DNA of 64,000 nucleotides from an uncultured Methanosarcinaceae archaeon (GTDB taxonomy: Archaea > Halobacteriota > Methanosarcinia > Methanosarcinales > Methanosarcinaceae): positions 288,001 to 352,000 of the forward strand of contig CAWJYV010000007.1 of the NCBI GenBank assembly GCA_963847185.1, written 5' to 3'. Position 1 is the stretch's first letter. Each line of letters starts with the position of its first letter. The position numbers and the translations under genes are program-made. The notes under the pieces were generated by a model, which was not told where the DNA came from, did not search any database, and saw only the letters and a program-made list of their open reading frames with translations. Shown piece by piece: positions 11,006 to 19,725 of the stretch.

Positions 11006-11734
11006 ATGAATGATTTTGAGCGTGAAAAATATAGCCGGCAGATCCTTCTTTTTGGGGAAGAGGGACAGGAAAAGCTGAAAAACGCAAAAGTGCTGGTTGC
11101 TGGAGCAGGCGGGCTCGGAAGTCCGGTTTCCACATATCTTGCAATAGCCGGTATCGGGACGATAATTCTTGCAGATTTTGATTCCGTGGATCTCAGCAAT
11201 CTTAACAGGCAGTTTCTTCATCACGAAAAAGATCTCGGAAGGGCTAAGGTGGAATCTGCAAAGGAGAAGCTTCTTTCTATGAATCCGGGAATTGAGGTTG
11301 AAACCATAGGGGAAATGCTTACAGAAGCGAACATCGAATCCCTTGTTCCTGAATGTGATATTATTGTCGATGCCCTTGACAACCTTGAAACGAGACACAT
11401 GATTAATAAACTTGCCATAAAAAGGAAAATTCCCTTCATCCATGGGGCAGTTACGGGTTATGACGGCCAGGTAACGACAATAATTCCCGGAAAAACCCCA
11501 TGTTTCTACTGTATATTTCCGCGAATTTCCAGAAAGGAAGTTTTTCCCGTTTTAGGGGCAACTCCAGGAGTTATAGGCTCTATTCAGGCAAATGAGGTAA
11601 TTAAATTCCTGATAGGAAAAGGAAAACTTCTGGAAGGCCGCCTTTTGTTTTGGAATGGACTTTCAGGAAATTTCAGTGAAATCTCTCTATCAAAACTAAA
11701 CAGCTGCCCTGTTTGCGGACATCTTAATGAATAA
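11006..11734 (+). CDS. ThiF/MoeB/HesA (E1-like, UbaA-type) adenylyltransferase
   Basis: YSRQI, GAGGLG, DFDSVDLSNLNRQ, DALDN, Zn pairs CFYC and CPVC. Confidence 0.93.
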   Translation: MNDFEREKYSRQILLFGEEGQEKLKNAKVLVAGAGGLGSPVSTYLAIAGIGTIILADFDSVDLSNLNRQFLHHEKDLGRAKVESAKEKLLSMNPGIEVETIGEMLTEANIESLVPECDIIVDALDNLETRHMINKLAIKRKIPFIHGAVTGYDGQVTTIIPGKTPCFYCIFPRISRKEVFPVLGATPGVIGSIQANEVIKFLIGKGKLLEGRLLFWNGLSGNFSEISLSKLNSCPVCGHLNE

Positions 11735-11879
11735 AATGAAATAAAATAAGAATTGATGAGGATAAATGAGATCCTTGCCCTTTTAAGGGGATATTTGCTC
11801 TTTTTCAAGTGAGATAAAACCTTTATTTCAGTTATCTCCCTGTTGATCATTTTTTATATATCTTCAGTAATAATATCTT

Positions 11880-12842
11880 ATGGGATATGTCATAGGAGGA
11901 GATTTCATGAAAAGGAAGGCCAAGGCAGTTAATACTGAAGCTAATTGGCAAGACTACTCAGCATCATTGCTTAAGGGATTTCAAGATCTTAACTCCTGTT
12001 CTCCGTATTTCTCTTATGCTTCTACTCCACATGTTCCCTACCTTGACATTGGAATTTATCGGGAATCCCAGGTTAAGTCACTCATAAAGGCACAAAGTAA
12101 GGATATGTACCGGTTGCTTGAGAAGGTATGTTTTGACGGAAAATACTACAGGATAAAATGTATAAATTCGGGGGGGCGGGAGTACTGCTGGGACCTTGCA
12201 ATCAAAGTTCAGTTTTTCGGGAAAATGCAGGGTATGGTTCTTTATCCCAGGCGTCTGGTTTCCCAGAAAGAAAAAAGGGTCGTTTACAGGTCTGTAATTC
12301 TGGTAAATCCCTACCAGCTCTGGGATGAGGCTCTTGTAAACAGATTCTGGAACTTGCAGGAAAGAGTTGAATTCCTGATAGCCAGAATCCTTTTTCATGA
12401 ATGCATTCATCTTATGATCTCTCTTGGAAATATTCTACCTTCATGTTTCGGGAATACGGACATTTATCTTGAGTTCAGAAAGATACTTGAGATTTCCAGC
12501 TCCAAAAAAGTTTCTTCCGAACTTCATGAGGTGCAGTTCCGCCTCTGGAACCTCGTACTCTTTGGAGCTTCAGGTTCCGAAAGTGAGCAAACTCTGCTCG
12601 AAAGGGTTCAGGAAATCTACGAATTTCTTATTAACGAGAAGTACAGTAACCAGAAAACGGGAAATACTTTTCATTCTTTGCCTGATAATGAAAAACTGGC
12701 CAGAAAATATTCATGGATAGCGGCTGTCAAAGCCGGAGGAGATGTTCAGGTCAGCAAAAAAGTGTGGCAGATTGAAACCCGCAGGTTAAGTATAGCATTA
12801 AGAAAGCTGTATAATGTGATTGATGCGCAACTCGATAATTGA
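11880..12842 (+). CDS. Hypothetical protein with HExxH motif (putative zincin metallopeptidase); start probably 11907
   Basis: 320-aa ORF with LIARILFHECIHLMI; GGAGG precedes ATG 11907. Confidence 0.6.
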   Translation: MGYVIGGDFMKRKAKAVNTEANWQDYSASLLKGFQDLNSCSPYFSYASTPHVPYLDIGIYRESQVKSLIKAQSKDMYRLLEKVCFDGKYYRIKCINSGGREYCWDLAIKVQFFGKMQGMVLYPRRLVSQKEKRVVYRSVILVNPYQLWDEALVNRFWNLQERVEFLIARILFHECIHLMISLGNILPSCFGNTDIYLEFRKILEISSSKKVSSELHEVQFRLWNLVLFGASGSESEQTLLERVQEIYEFLINEKYSNQKTGNTFHSLPDNEKLARKYSWIAAVKAGGDVQVSKKVWQIETRRLSIALRKLYNVIDAQLDN

Positions 12843-12862
12843 GCATCCCGAAGTCTTTTAAT

Positions 12863-12928
12863 CCTCTTTTTGCCTTTTCTCTCCTCTTTTTGCCTTTTCT
12901 CTCCTCTTTTTGCCTTTTCTCTCCTTTT
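12863..12928. repeat. 20-bp perfect tandem repeat x3 (cctctttttgccttttctct) between convergent genes
   Basis: Directly visible; pyrimidine/T-tract rich, may act as a terminator for the + strand gene. Confidence 0.9.
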
Positions 12929-12940
12929 TTTGGCTGAACC

Positions 12941-13402
12941 TTATTTTTTTAGAATTTTTATTATTTCCGTTATGTCAGGAAGTTTATGCCCCTCATATTT
13001 TTTGAAGAATAATATTCTCTGTTCCTCATCAATAATTATATTAGCCCTTTCGGAAACTCCTTCCTTTTCCTTGAATATTCCATATGTTCTGGCAAGTTCT
13101 CCATGTGGCCAGAAGTCTGATAGAAGCCTGATGTGCGTAATCCCAAGTTCCCTTGCCCAGGCTCTTTTTGATGGTATGGGATCCACACTTATTCCGAAGA
13201 CTACAGTGTTCAGTCCGGTAAACAATTCATGGTTTTCCTCAAGGGATTTCATCTGTTCTGCACAGACATTGGTCCAGGCCAGAGGGTGGAATGATAAAAG
13301 CACTTTCTTTCCGCTGAAGTCGTAGAGATTCACTTCTTTATGCTTATGATCTCTTAACTTGAAATCTTGAATTTTCTCCCCTATTTTCATCTCATTCATC
13401 AT
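12941..13402 (-). CDS. Peroxiredoxin, 1-Cys AhpE-like
   Basis: FHPLAWTNVC peroxidatic motif, GISVD, LLSDFWPHG, SERA; only one Cys in the protein. Confidence 0.9.
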   Translation of the reverse strand: MMNEMKIGEKIQDFKLRDHKHKEVNLYDFSGKKVLLSFHPLAWTNVCAEQMKSLEENHELFTGLNTVVFGISVDPIPSKRAWARELGITHIRLLSDFWPHGELARTYGIFKEKEGVSERANIIIDEEQRILFFKKYEGHKLPDITEIIKILKK

Positions 13403-13650
13403 AAAGCCCCCAATTTGATAAAAACTTCCAGCTTGATAAATATTACCAATTTAATAAAAACTTTCAGTTTATAAAACCATAATCTGCAGGACATTTATGT
13501 AACTTAGCTCCACAAAGTTGAAAGAAAGTACGTAAAAGTATATAGGCCATTAATAGTACGTAGAAGTATACAGGTTCATTCAAATCAAAATTTGATATGA
13601 ATATTTGTTCTTAAGGATATCTGGAGAGCCAAATTTCCTCTATTTTTTGC

Positions 13651-14094
13651 CTAGAGATCTTCTGATTGCCAGAATGTAGATTTTTTGATATATGCCTCAA
13701 TCCTCTTCTCATTCCACACGCCTTCCATTCGGGACAAGTTTGAAGCACGGTCTGCAAATTTCAGAGCAATCCCTCGTATAGAATGCAAGTGAGGGAAGTA
13801 CCAGCCTGTATCATCGGCTCGCCGCTCATGAGTTACTTCCTGAACGAGATCAGCTATCTCAGCACCGAATTCATCGGCCAGAATTTTATATGTTACGTCG
13901 GTATCCTCTAATGTATCATGCAGTAGAGCTGCTGCCTGCAGTGCAAAGTCAAAAGGATAAAGTATTTTGATAATTTCAAAGACCTGCCAGCAATGGGTCA
14001 TAAAATAGTCCTTTCCAGCATCGTCAAGCTCTCCAGCATGCGCTTTTGCACCGAATACGATGGCTTTACTTACTTTTGTACTCATATTGTCCAC
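13651..14094 (-). CDS. Stand-alone HD-domain protein, Mesh1/small alarmone hydrolase-like
   Basis: AKAHAG..D..G..Y..H, AAALLHDTLEDTDVT, IADLVQEVT, LKFADRASNL motifs of the RelA/SpoT HD fold. Confidence 0.85.
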   Translation of the reverse strand: MDNMSTKVSKAIVFGAKAHAGELDDAGKDYFMTHCWQVFEIIKILYPFDFALQAAALLHDTLEDTDVTYKILADEFGAEIADLVQEVTHERRADDTGWYFPHLHSIRGIALKFADRASNLSRMEGVWNEKRIEAYIKKSTFWQSEDL

Positions 14095-14607
14095 TTAGTC
14101 CATTTTCTTATAAACGATATTTGTCAAGAGATAATGCTGAATCTATATACTTTTTAGGATAGAAAAGTATATTCAAAATTCGATTTCTTATTAATTATTC
14201 AAAAAAAATAATCCCATAATAAAAACTTTCTTGATTACGCCATAAATAGAAACAGACATGTTTTTGAATAGTGGTTTCCCTTCTCACAAATTGCTAGTAA
14301 AGAAGGAATCTAAAATTGTTTGTAATTCTTTTTATTATCATACTCCAGCAGACTAGTTTTTCCATATTTTTTCAAAAAAGCCCACTTTTCGCCACTTCTG
14401 AAATCTATAATATACAGTGCTTGGAGCTCCATAACATCTTGGCAAAGATTTCCATTGACAGCCTGTATTCTAGTAATATCCAGATTGTTGTTTACTATAT
14501 AAAATTTAAACAAAATCGAAAGAGTTATTTACACCAGTCCATTAAGAACATGCTGATAAAGATAAAAGAAATTCTAAATAATAGAGCTTGGACTTGGTTC
14601 ATTATTT

Positions 14608-15279
14608 ATGTTGCCAGATGATTTTGGGTATTGCCTTTTATATGCAGGCATTTTTATTGTATTCGCTTTAATACCTCTTGTATTAAACTTTCGAGATAAA
14701 TATTATCCTGAAAGATTTACATTTCGATCTTTGCTTTTCCTGATAGGGGAAAGTGGGATAATTTATTGTTTAGCTAAGGCATGGTCAGTTATCCCTCCAG
14801 AAGGTTTCTGGTATTACCTTAAATTCGCTGGATTTTGTTTTGTACTCTCTTTGGTACCCATTGTAAATTTTTTTGCATTAACTCCCGAAAATGGACATGC
14901 TAAAAGACCTCCATATGATTTTTTGGTTAATGGGATTCTGTTTTTGTTTTTCCCGATATGGGCAATTTATTCTGTAGGTAAAGCATGGTTTTCCATCCCA
15001 CCAGAGGGTTTCTGGTATTACCTTGTATTCTCTGAAATTTCGGCTATAATCGCTTTAGTATATATCGTATATCTCAAATTAAATACTGGAAATAAATATG
15101 ATAAAAAATCAACTCGTATTTATTTGATGAGTAGAAGTCCATTTTTTGTTTTGATGGTTTTGACAATTTATTTTTTAGCAAAAGCAGTATCATTTATTCC
15201 GCCAGAAATATTTTACGGGCTTGTCTTTGTATTGATTGTTCTCTTCGGTTCTATTCAAAGCTCAAGTAAACAGAACTAA
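14608..15279 (+). CDS. Hypothetical integral membrane protein with ~68-aa internal repeats
   Basis: ~7 hydrophobic segments; IYxxxKAWxxIPPEGFWYYL repeated. Confidence 0.75.
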   Translation: MLPDDFGYCLLYAGIFIVFALIPLVLNFRDKYYPERFTFRSLLFLIGESGIIYCLAKAWSVIPPEGFWYYLKFAGFCFVLSLVPIVNFFALTPENGHAKRPPYDFLVNGILFLFFPIWAIYSVGKAWFSIPPEGFWYYLVFSEISAIIALVYIVYLKLNTGNKYDKKSTRIYLMSRSPFFVLMVLTIYFLAKAVSFIPPEIFYGLVFVLIVLFGSIQSSSKQN

Positions 15280-15587
15280 GTTTACTAAAAATATATTGAA
15301 CTTAAATCATGGCCGTCTTCACTACACGGTTGATGTTTTCATGATTGATTTTCCAAGGGTAGAAATGATTACGCTTGTGAATCAAAGCATGCCTGCCATA
15401 ACCGAATCATCTTACTGAATTGCAAAAAAGGTATGATGTGGCATTAAGAGTGTTTTGGAAATTACGTCAACCAACTAATAGTGTACGATCTATCCGTTGG
15501 TCGTGGAAATTTATGTCCAATTTATATATAGATACTGCCATTTACTCACAGTTCCCCAAAATAGGACTTGAACCAAAAAAAACCAAT

Positions 15588-15659
15588 AGCCGCCGGAGGG
15601 ACTTGAACCCTCGACCTGCTGATTACGAATCAGCCGCTATACCGCTAAGCCACGACGGC
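15588..15659 (-). tRNA. tRNA-Thr(CGT)
   Basis: Reverse complement GCCGTCGTGGCTTAGCGGTATAGCGGCTGATTCGTAATCAGCAGGTCGAGGGTTCAAGTCCCTCCGGCGGCT folds as a cloverleaf; anticodon loop TTCGTAA; no intron, no encoded CCA. Confidence 0.96.
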
Positions 15660-15749
15660 AAATTGAAAATCCGAAAATAAGCAGACTTAAAATAACGATC
15701 AAGAATTTAATTATTTCGCTCGTCAAAAGTCTTTTAGCACTTTTGGACC

Positions 15750-16760
15750 TTAAATAACTCTTGTCTCAATACATATATTATACTGATGAGGAGCATAAGA
15801 GCGAACCACTCTTTTCTCCATAACTTCCAGCTTTCTTCCTGCTTTTTCCGTGGCTCCGGTTATGAGTTCGATAGAACTTTCGAAAAGATCGTCTTCAGGA
15901 GTTATTCCATAATAATGGATAATTCCTCCAGGCTTTGTAAGGAGAACAGCAGAATCCAGAAACTCGTGGGCACTGTGAGGAAGGTTCATTATAACATGAT
16001 CAGCAATACCTGCAAACCTTTTTGCTTCTTCTCTGGCATCGCCTTCGATTGCCTCAATATTCTTTACGGAATTAAGGGTTATATTTTCTTTCAGATAGTA
16101 AACTGCGTCAGGATTTTTATCAATTGCTATAACTTTTGAGGGCTTTTTGCTTTTTGCAATCAGGATACTGTAAGGACCTACACCTGCAAACATATCGATA
16201 ACAGTGTCTCCTTCCCTGACCCAGGAGAGAATTCTTGAACGTTCTGTGGAAAGGCGGGGCGTGAAATAAGCCTTTGAAAGGTCAACTTTGTAGCGACAGC
16301 CATATTCCCTATGAATGGTTTCTATCTTGGGTTCGCCTGCTACAATCTCAAACTCCCGAATTCTGAATTCTCCAATTACTGGAGTAAGAGGTCTGAGTAC
16401 GGTTTTTATGTTTGTCTGGGTTCGGAGGAGCGCATCGGCAATTCTTAAAGCTTTCTGTTTATCAAGATCAGGATCTTCCAGCAGAGCAATATCTCCTACA
16501 ACTTCATAGGCAGGGCTGAAACCAAGCAGGTCTTCTGGAACAGGTTTCTTCTCATGGAGCTCGAAATCGCATTCAATAAGTTCAATTTCTTCAGGAAAAC
16601 TCTTCAGCTCATCAGATTCAGGTTCTCTGGTCAAGGGCAGGTAAAGAAATATCTCATCTGCGGCTATTTTTACGGAGTTATCCAGAATCTCAAGCTCAAG
16701 GAGCATTCTTCTTACAGGTTCTCCTTTCTTTTTAAGGACTTTTATACACTGCCGTTCCAT
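15750..16760 (-). CDS. trm5: tRNA (guanine37-N1)-methyltransferase Trm5 family
   Basis: YEVVGDIA, TIHREYGCRYKVDLSKAYFTPRLSTER, DMFAGVGPY, IDKNP, IMNLP. Confidence 0.9.
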   Translation of the reverse strand: MERQCIKVLKKKGEPVRRMLLELEILDNSVKIAADEIFLYLPLTREPESDELKSFPEEIELIECDFELHEKKPVPEDLLGFSPAYEVVGDIALLEDPDLDKQKALRIADALLRTQTNIKTVLRPLTPVIGEFRIREFEIVAGEPKIETIHREYGCRYKVDLSKAYFTPRLSTERSRILSWVREGDTVIDMFAGVGPYSILIAKSKKPSKVIAIDKNPDAVYYLKENITLNSVKNIEAIEGDAREEAKRFAGIADHVIMNLPHSAHEFLDSAVLLTKPGGIIHYYGITPEDDLFESSIELITGATEKAGRKLEVMEKRVVRSYAPHQYNICIETRVI

Positions 16761-17081
16761 AACAAATCGACCTTTTGGAAGCCTAAGGTTATCCTTCTAT
16801 TAATAAGCTCTCTCAAAATTTGTCCAATATTTGTTCAACAATTTCTCTAGCTTTTTATCCTGTCACTTCTTAAGTAATGTGAATGCAACTGGACTTTGAG
16901 GGATGCTAAAATTGGTAATTTTAATGGGTATTAACCAGCTCAGGAAAATCTCGCTTGGATTGCAGGTCTCAACCCTGTTGACATATATGCTTGGATTTCT
17001 TGGATCTATTACACTGAAGCGAGCGGTTCAAAGAAAAAAGGAAGCCCTAAAAATGGGAATATCTTTCAGGAATGATGGAAT

Positions 17082-17738
17082 TCAGGACAGCTGAATTGAA
17101 TGATTGTAATTAAGCATGAAGTAAAACCCAAAAATTACTAGAAATACCCCGCAGGTATAGAGAATATATTTATGCATCTTTTGGGAGAGCAGGTTTTTCC
17201 CACGGCCAAATGATCCGGACACGACAGTAAACCAGCTCAGATCTGCGGTCCAGTGCCCGAACATGTAAGCCATTGCAAATATAATTCCCAGTTCATACTC
17301 CTTAAGTACAAGGGCACCTCCCGCAGTCAGCCACCATATCCAGAAATAGGGGTTTGAAACTGAAGTAACGAGGCCTATCAGGGTAGGGCTGGAAATCAGG
17401 CTCGAGCCTGATGAATCTCGAGAAATTTTTACAGAAGAATCTCCGGCTCTGGCATCTTTTAAGGTAAGAACTCCGAAGATCAAAAGTGAGAGCCCTCCTA
17501 TCAGGAAAATTACAGAAATCATACCATTGTCGACGAGCGAAGCAGCTCCGAGAAGAATCAGGATGTAGAGCAAAACCTCCACGATTATATGACCTAATAC
17601 GACCTGCGGACCTGCAAGCCAGCCTTTTTTCAGGGAAATCTCTATAGTTGCAAAAAGCATAGGTCCTGGAACGAGTGCGCCTGTTAGCCCTATAGAGAAA
17701 CCTAATAGAAAAGCTTTCAAAATTTCGATTGTTATCAT
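17082..17738 (-). CDS. LysE-family transporter
   Basis: GALVPGPM..TIE.SLKKGWLAG..VVLGH; SNPYFWIWW; six hydrophobic segments. Confidence 0.88.
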   Translation of the reverse strand: MITIEILKAFLLGFSIGLTGALVPGPMLFATIEISLKKGWLAGPQVVLGHIIVEVLLYILILLGAASLVDNGMISVIFLIGGLSLLIFGVLTLKDARAGDSSVKISRDSSGSSLISSPTLIGLVTSVSNPYFWIWWLTAGGALVLKEYELGIIFAMAYMFGHWTADLSWFTVVSGSFGRGKNLLSQKMHKYILYTCGVFLVIFGFYFMLNYNHSIQLS

Positions 17739-17902
17739 TATAGATCAAAAATTTTTTTAAAATTTCTAGATTTTTTTGAAAAAAGCCTCCACACAGAAGA
17801 TCAGATAAATACAAATATCCGGATAAACACAACAAACAGAAAAAATAGAGCATTTCTCTATAACTAGAGAAAAACCTTGCTAAAAGAAAAATGAGGAAGA
17901 AT

Positions 17903-18916
17903 TTAAAGGATAATCTCAATATCCAGTTCTTCTGCAAGCTCTTTGTACCTGTTCCGGATGGTAACTTCAGTAACTCCGGCGACATCTGCAACTTCTCTTT
18001 GAGTCCGCCTTTCACCGCATAAAATGGATGCAATATAGATTGCAGCCGCAGCGACTCCTGTAGGACCTCTCCCGCTTGTGAGTTCTTTTTCGGAAGCCTG
18101 CCTGAGGATTTCGACACTCTTTGACTGTACTTCTCCTTTCAGATTAAGACCTGAACAGAACCTGGGGACATAGTCAATTGGGGAAGTTGGCATAAGCTTT
18201 AATGCAAGTTCCCTGGAAATAAAACGGTAAGTTCTTCCTATTTCTTTCCGGCTGACTCTGGATACTTCTTCTATCTCATCAAGAGTCCTTGGAACACTAC
18301 ACTGGCGGCAAGCGGCATACAGAGCAGCTGCAGCCACACCTTCAATGCTTCTTCCACGGATAAGGTTCTTATCCACAGCTTTCCTGTAGACGACAGCAGC
18401 TGTTTCCCTGACCGTTCTCGGAAGACCCAATGCAGACGCCATTCTGTCCAGTTCGGAAAGAGCAAAAGCAAGGTTTCTTTCGGTTGCGTTACTTACACGA
18501 ATTCTACGTTGCCATTTTCTTAAACGGTAGAGCTGAGCACGATTTTTGGAGGAAATAGACTTTCCGTAGGAGTCACGATTTCTCCAATCAATCATTGTAG
18601 AAAGCCCTTTGTCATGAATTGTGTATGTCATGGGCGCACCCACACGGGAACGCTTCATACGCTGATCGTGATCGAAAGCTCGCCATTCAGGTCCTTCATC
18701 CACAAAATCGGCATCAACGACAAGTCCGCAGTCACCGCATACAAGTTCGGCCCGCTCGTAGTCGTGAACAAGGTTCCTGCTACCGCACTCAGGACACACG
18801 GCCTTTTCGTTCTCAAAACTTTGCTCTTTTTGCTTCTCTTTGCGAGCTTTGATCATGGCACGTATTTTTTCCCTTTCAAGAGTGTCCGAATAGCGAACTC
18901 TTTCGACTTCTACCAT
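17903..18916 (-). CDS. tfb: Transcription initiation factor IIB
   Basis: Zn ribbon CPECGS..CGDCG, GPEWRAF, two cyclin repeats, [13 protein letters not shown]. Confidence 0.98.
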   Translation of the reverse strand: MVEVERVRYSDTLEREKIRAMIKARKEKQKEQSFENEKAVCPECGSRNLVHDYERAELVCGDCGLVVDADFVDEGPEWRAFDHDQRMKRSRVGAPMTYTIHDKGLSTMIDWRNRDSYGKSISSKNRAQLYRLRKWQRRIRVSNATERNLAFALSELDRMASALGLPRTVRETAAVVYRKAVDKNLIRGRSIEGVAAAALYAACRQCSVPRTLDEIEEVSRVSRKEIGRTYRFISRELALKLMPTSPIDYVPRFCSGLNLKGEVQSKSVEILRQASEKELTSGRGPTGVAAAAIYIASILCGERRTQREVADVAGVTEVTIRNRYKELAEELDIEIIL

Positions 18917-19109
18917 ATTTATATCACCTTAGATGTTGACATAAAGTCTTTATGATTCTCTGTCATCCCGAACCTGTACCACTTAAAAACATAATATATA
19001 TAAAAAAGGGGACACGAAAACATTACGGCTATAACTAGCACAAAACATATAAACCAGTTAATATTAAACCATAACAAAGAATTCATATCTGTATCGAACT
19101 TCAGAGATT

Positions 19110-19379
19110 TCACCGAATATAGACCCTTTCATTGATCATAACCCGAAATTCTGAATCCGAAATTCGTTTGAGGCCCTTCACTAAAAAGTATGGATGGTTT
19201 ACAGGTCCAAATACACTGACAATTGTACCAACCCGGTTCAGGGCTTTATCCACGACAATCGAATTCAACTTTGGAAGATTACTTGAGACGTTATCGGATT
19301 TGATCTCATCCCCTATAATTATCAGGTTTTTGACACCTGATCTGTGCTGTACTGTACCGAGTCGTTTCATATAAGCCAC
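19110..19379 (-). CDS. gar1: H/ACA RNP Gar1/Naf1 subunit
   Basis: VGTIVSVFGPVNHPYFLVK; conserved archaeal position upstream of tfb. Confidence 0.88.
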   Translation of the reverse strand: MAYMKRLGTVQHRSGVKNLIIIGDEIKSDNVSSNLPKLNSIVVDKALNRVGTIVSVFGPVNHPYFLVKGLKRISDSEFRVMINERVYIR

Positions 19380-19725
19380 GAATAATAATAGCTATGTTTC
19401 TGGTTCAGGGCAAAAATAACCCGACATTTTTTACGAGCCAGACTGTCAGCCTTTAATAAGAAAGCATATTGTAGACTGAAAAGCATATCTAGTCTACGTT
19501 CATCTTATATAAAGATATCGCAAGACCTATATTACACGAAACTTTCAAATAAAAATAAGGAGATAAGGTAAAATAGAGGGGGAAGTAAACCACAAGCTTA
19601 TATATTAAATAAACGTTGTTGGCAACAATCAGACCAGATATCTGATTGTACAATTATACAATTATATATACAATTATATAGACACCTAACTCCGATTAAT
19701 GATCTCGTTCCAGGGAGGAGACTCA

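Noticed and set aside
13579-13653. Amber read-through of the HD-domain gene
   Set aside because: Would add only ~23 featureless residues before a TGA; the domain is already complete
15300-15560. Integrase remnant next to tRNA-Thr
   Set aside because: Frames are closed by multiple stops and show no convincing R-H-R-H-Y tyrosine recombinase motifs
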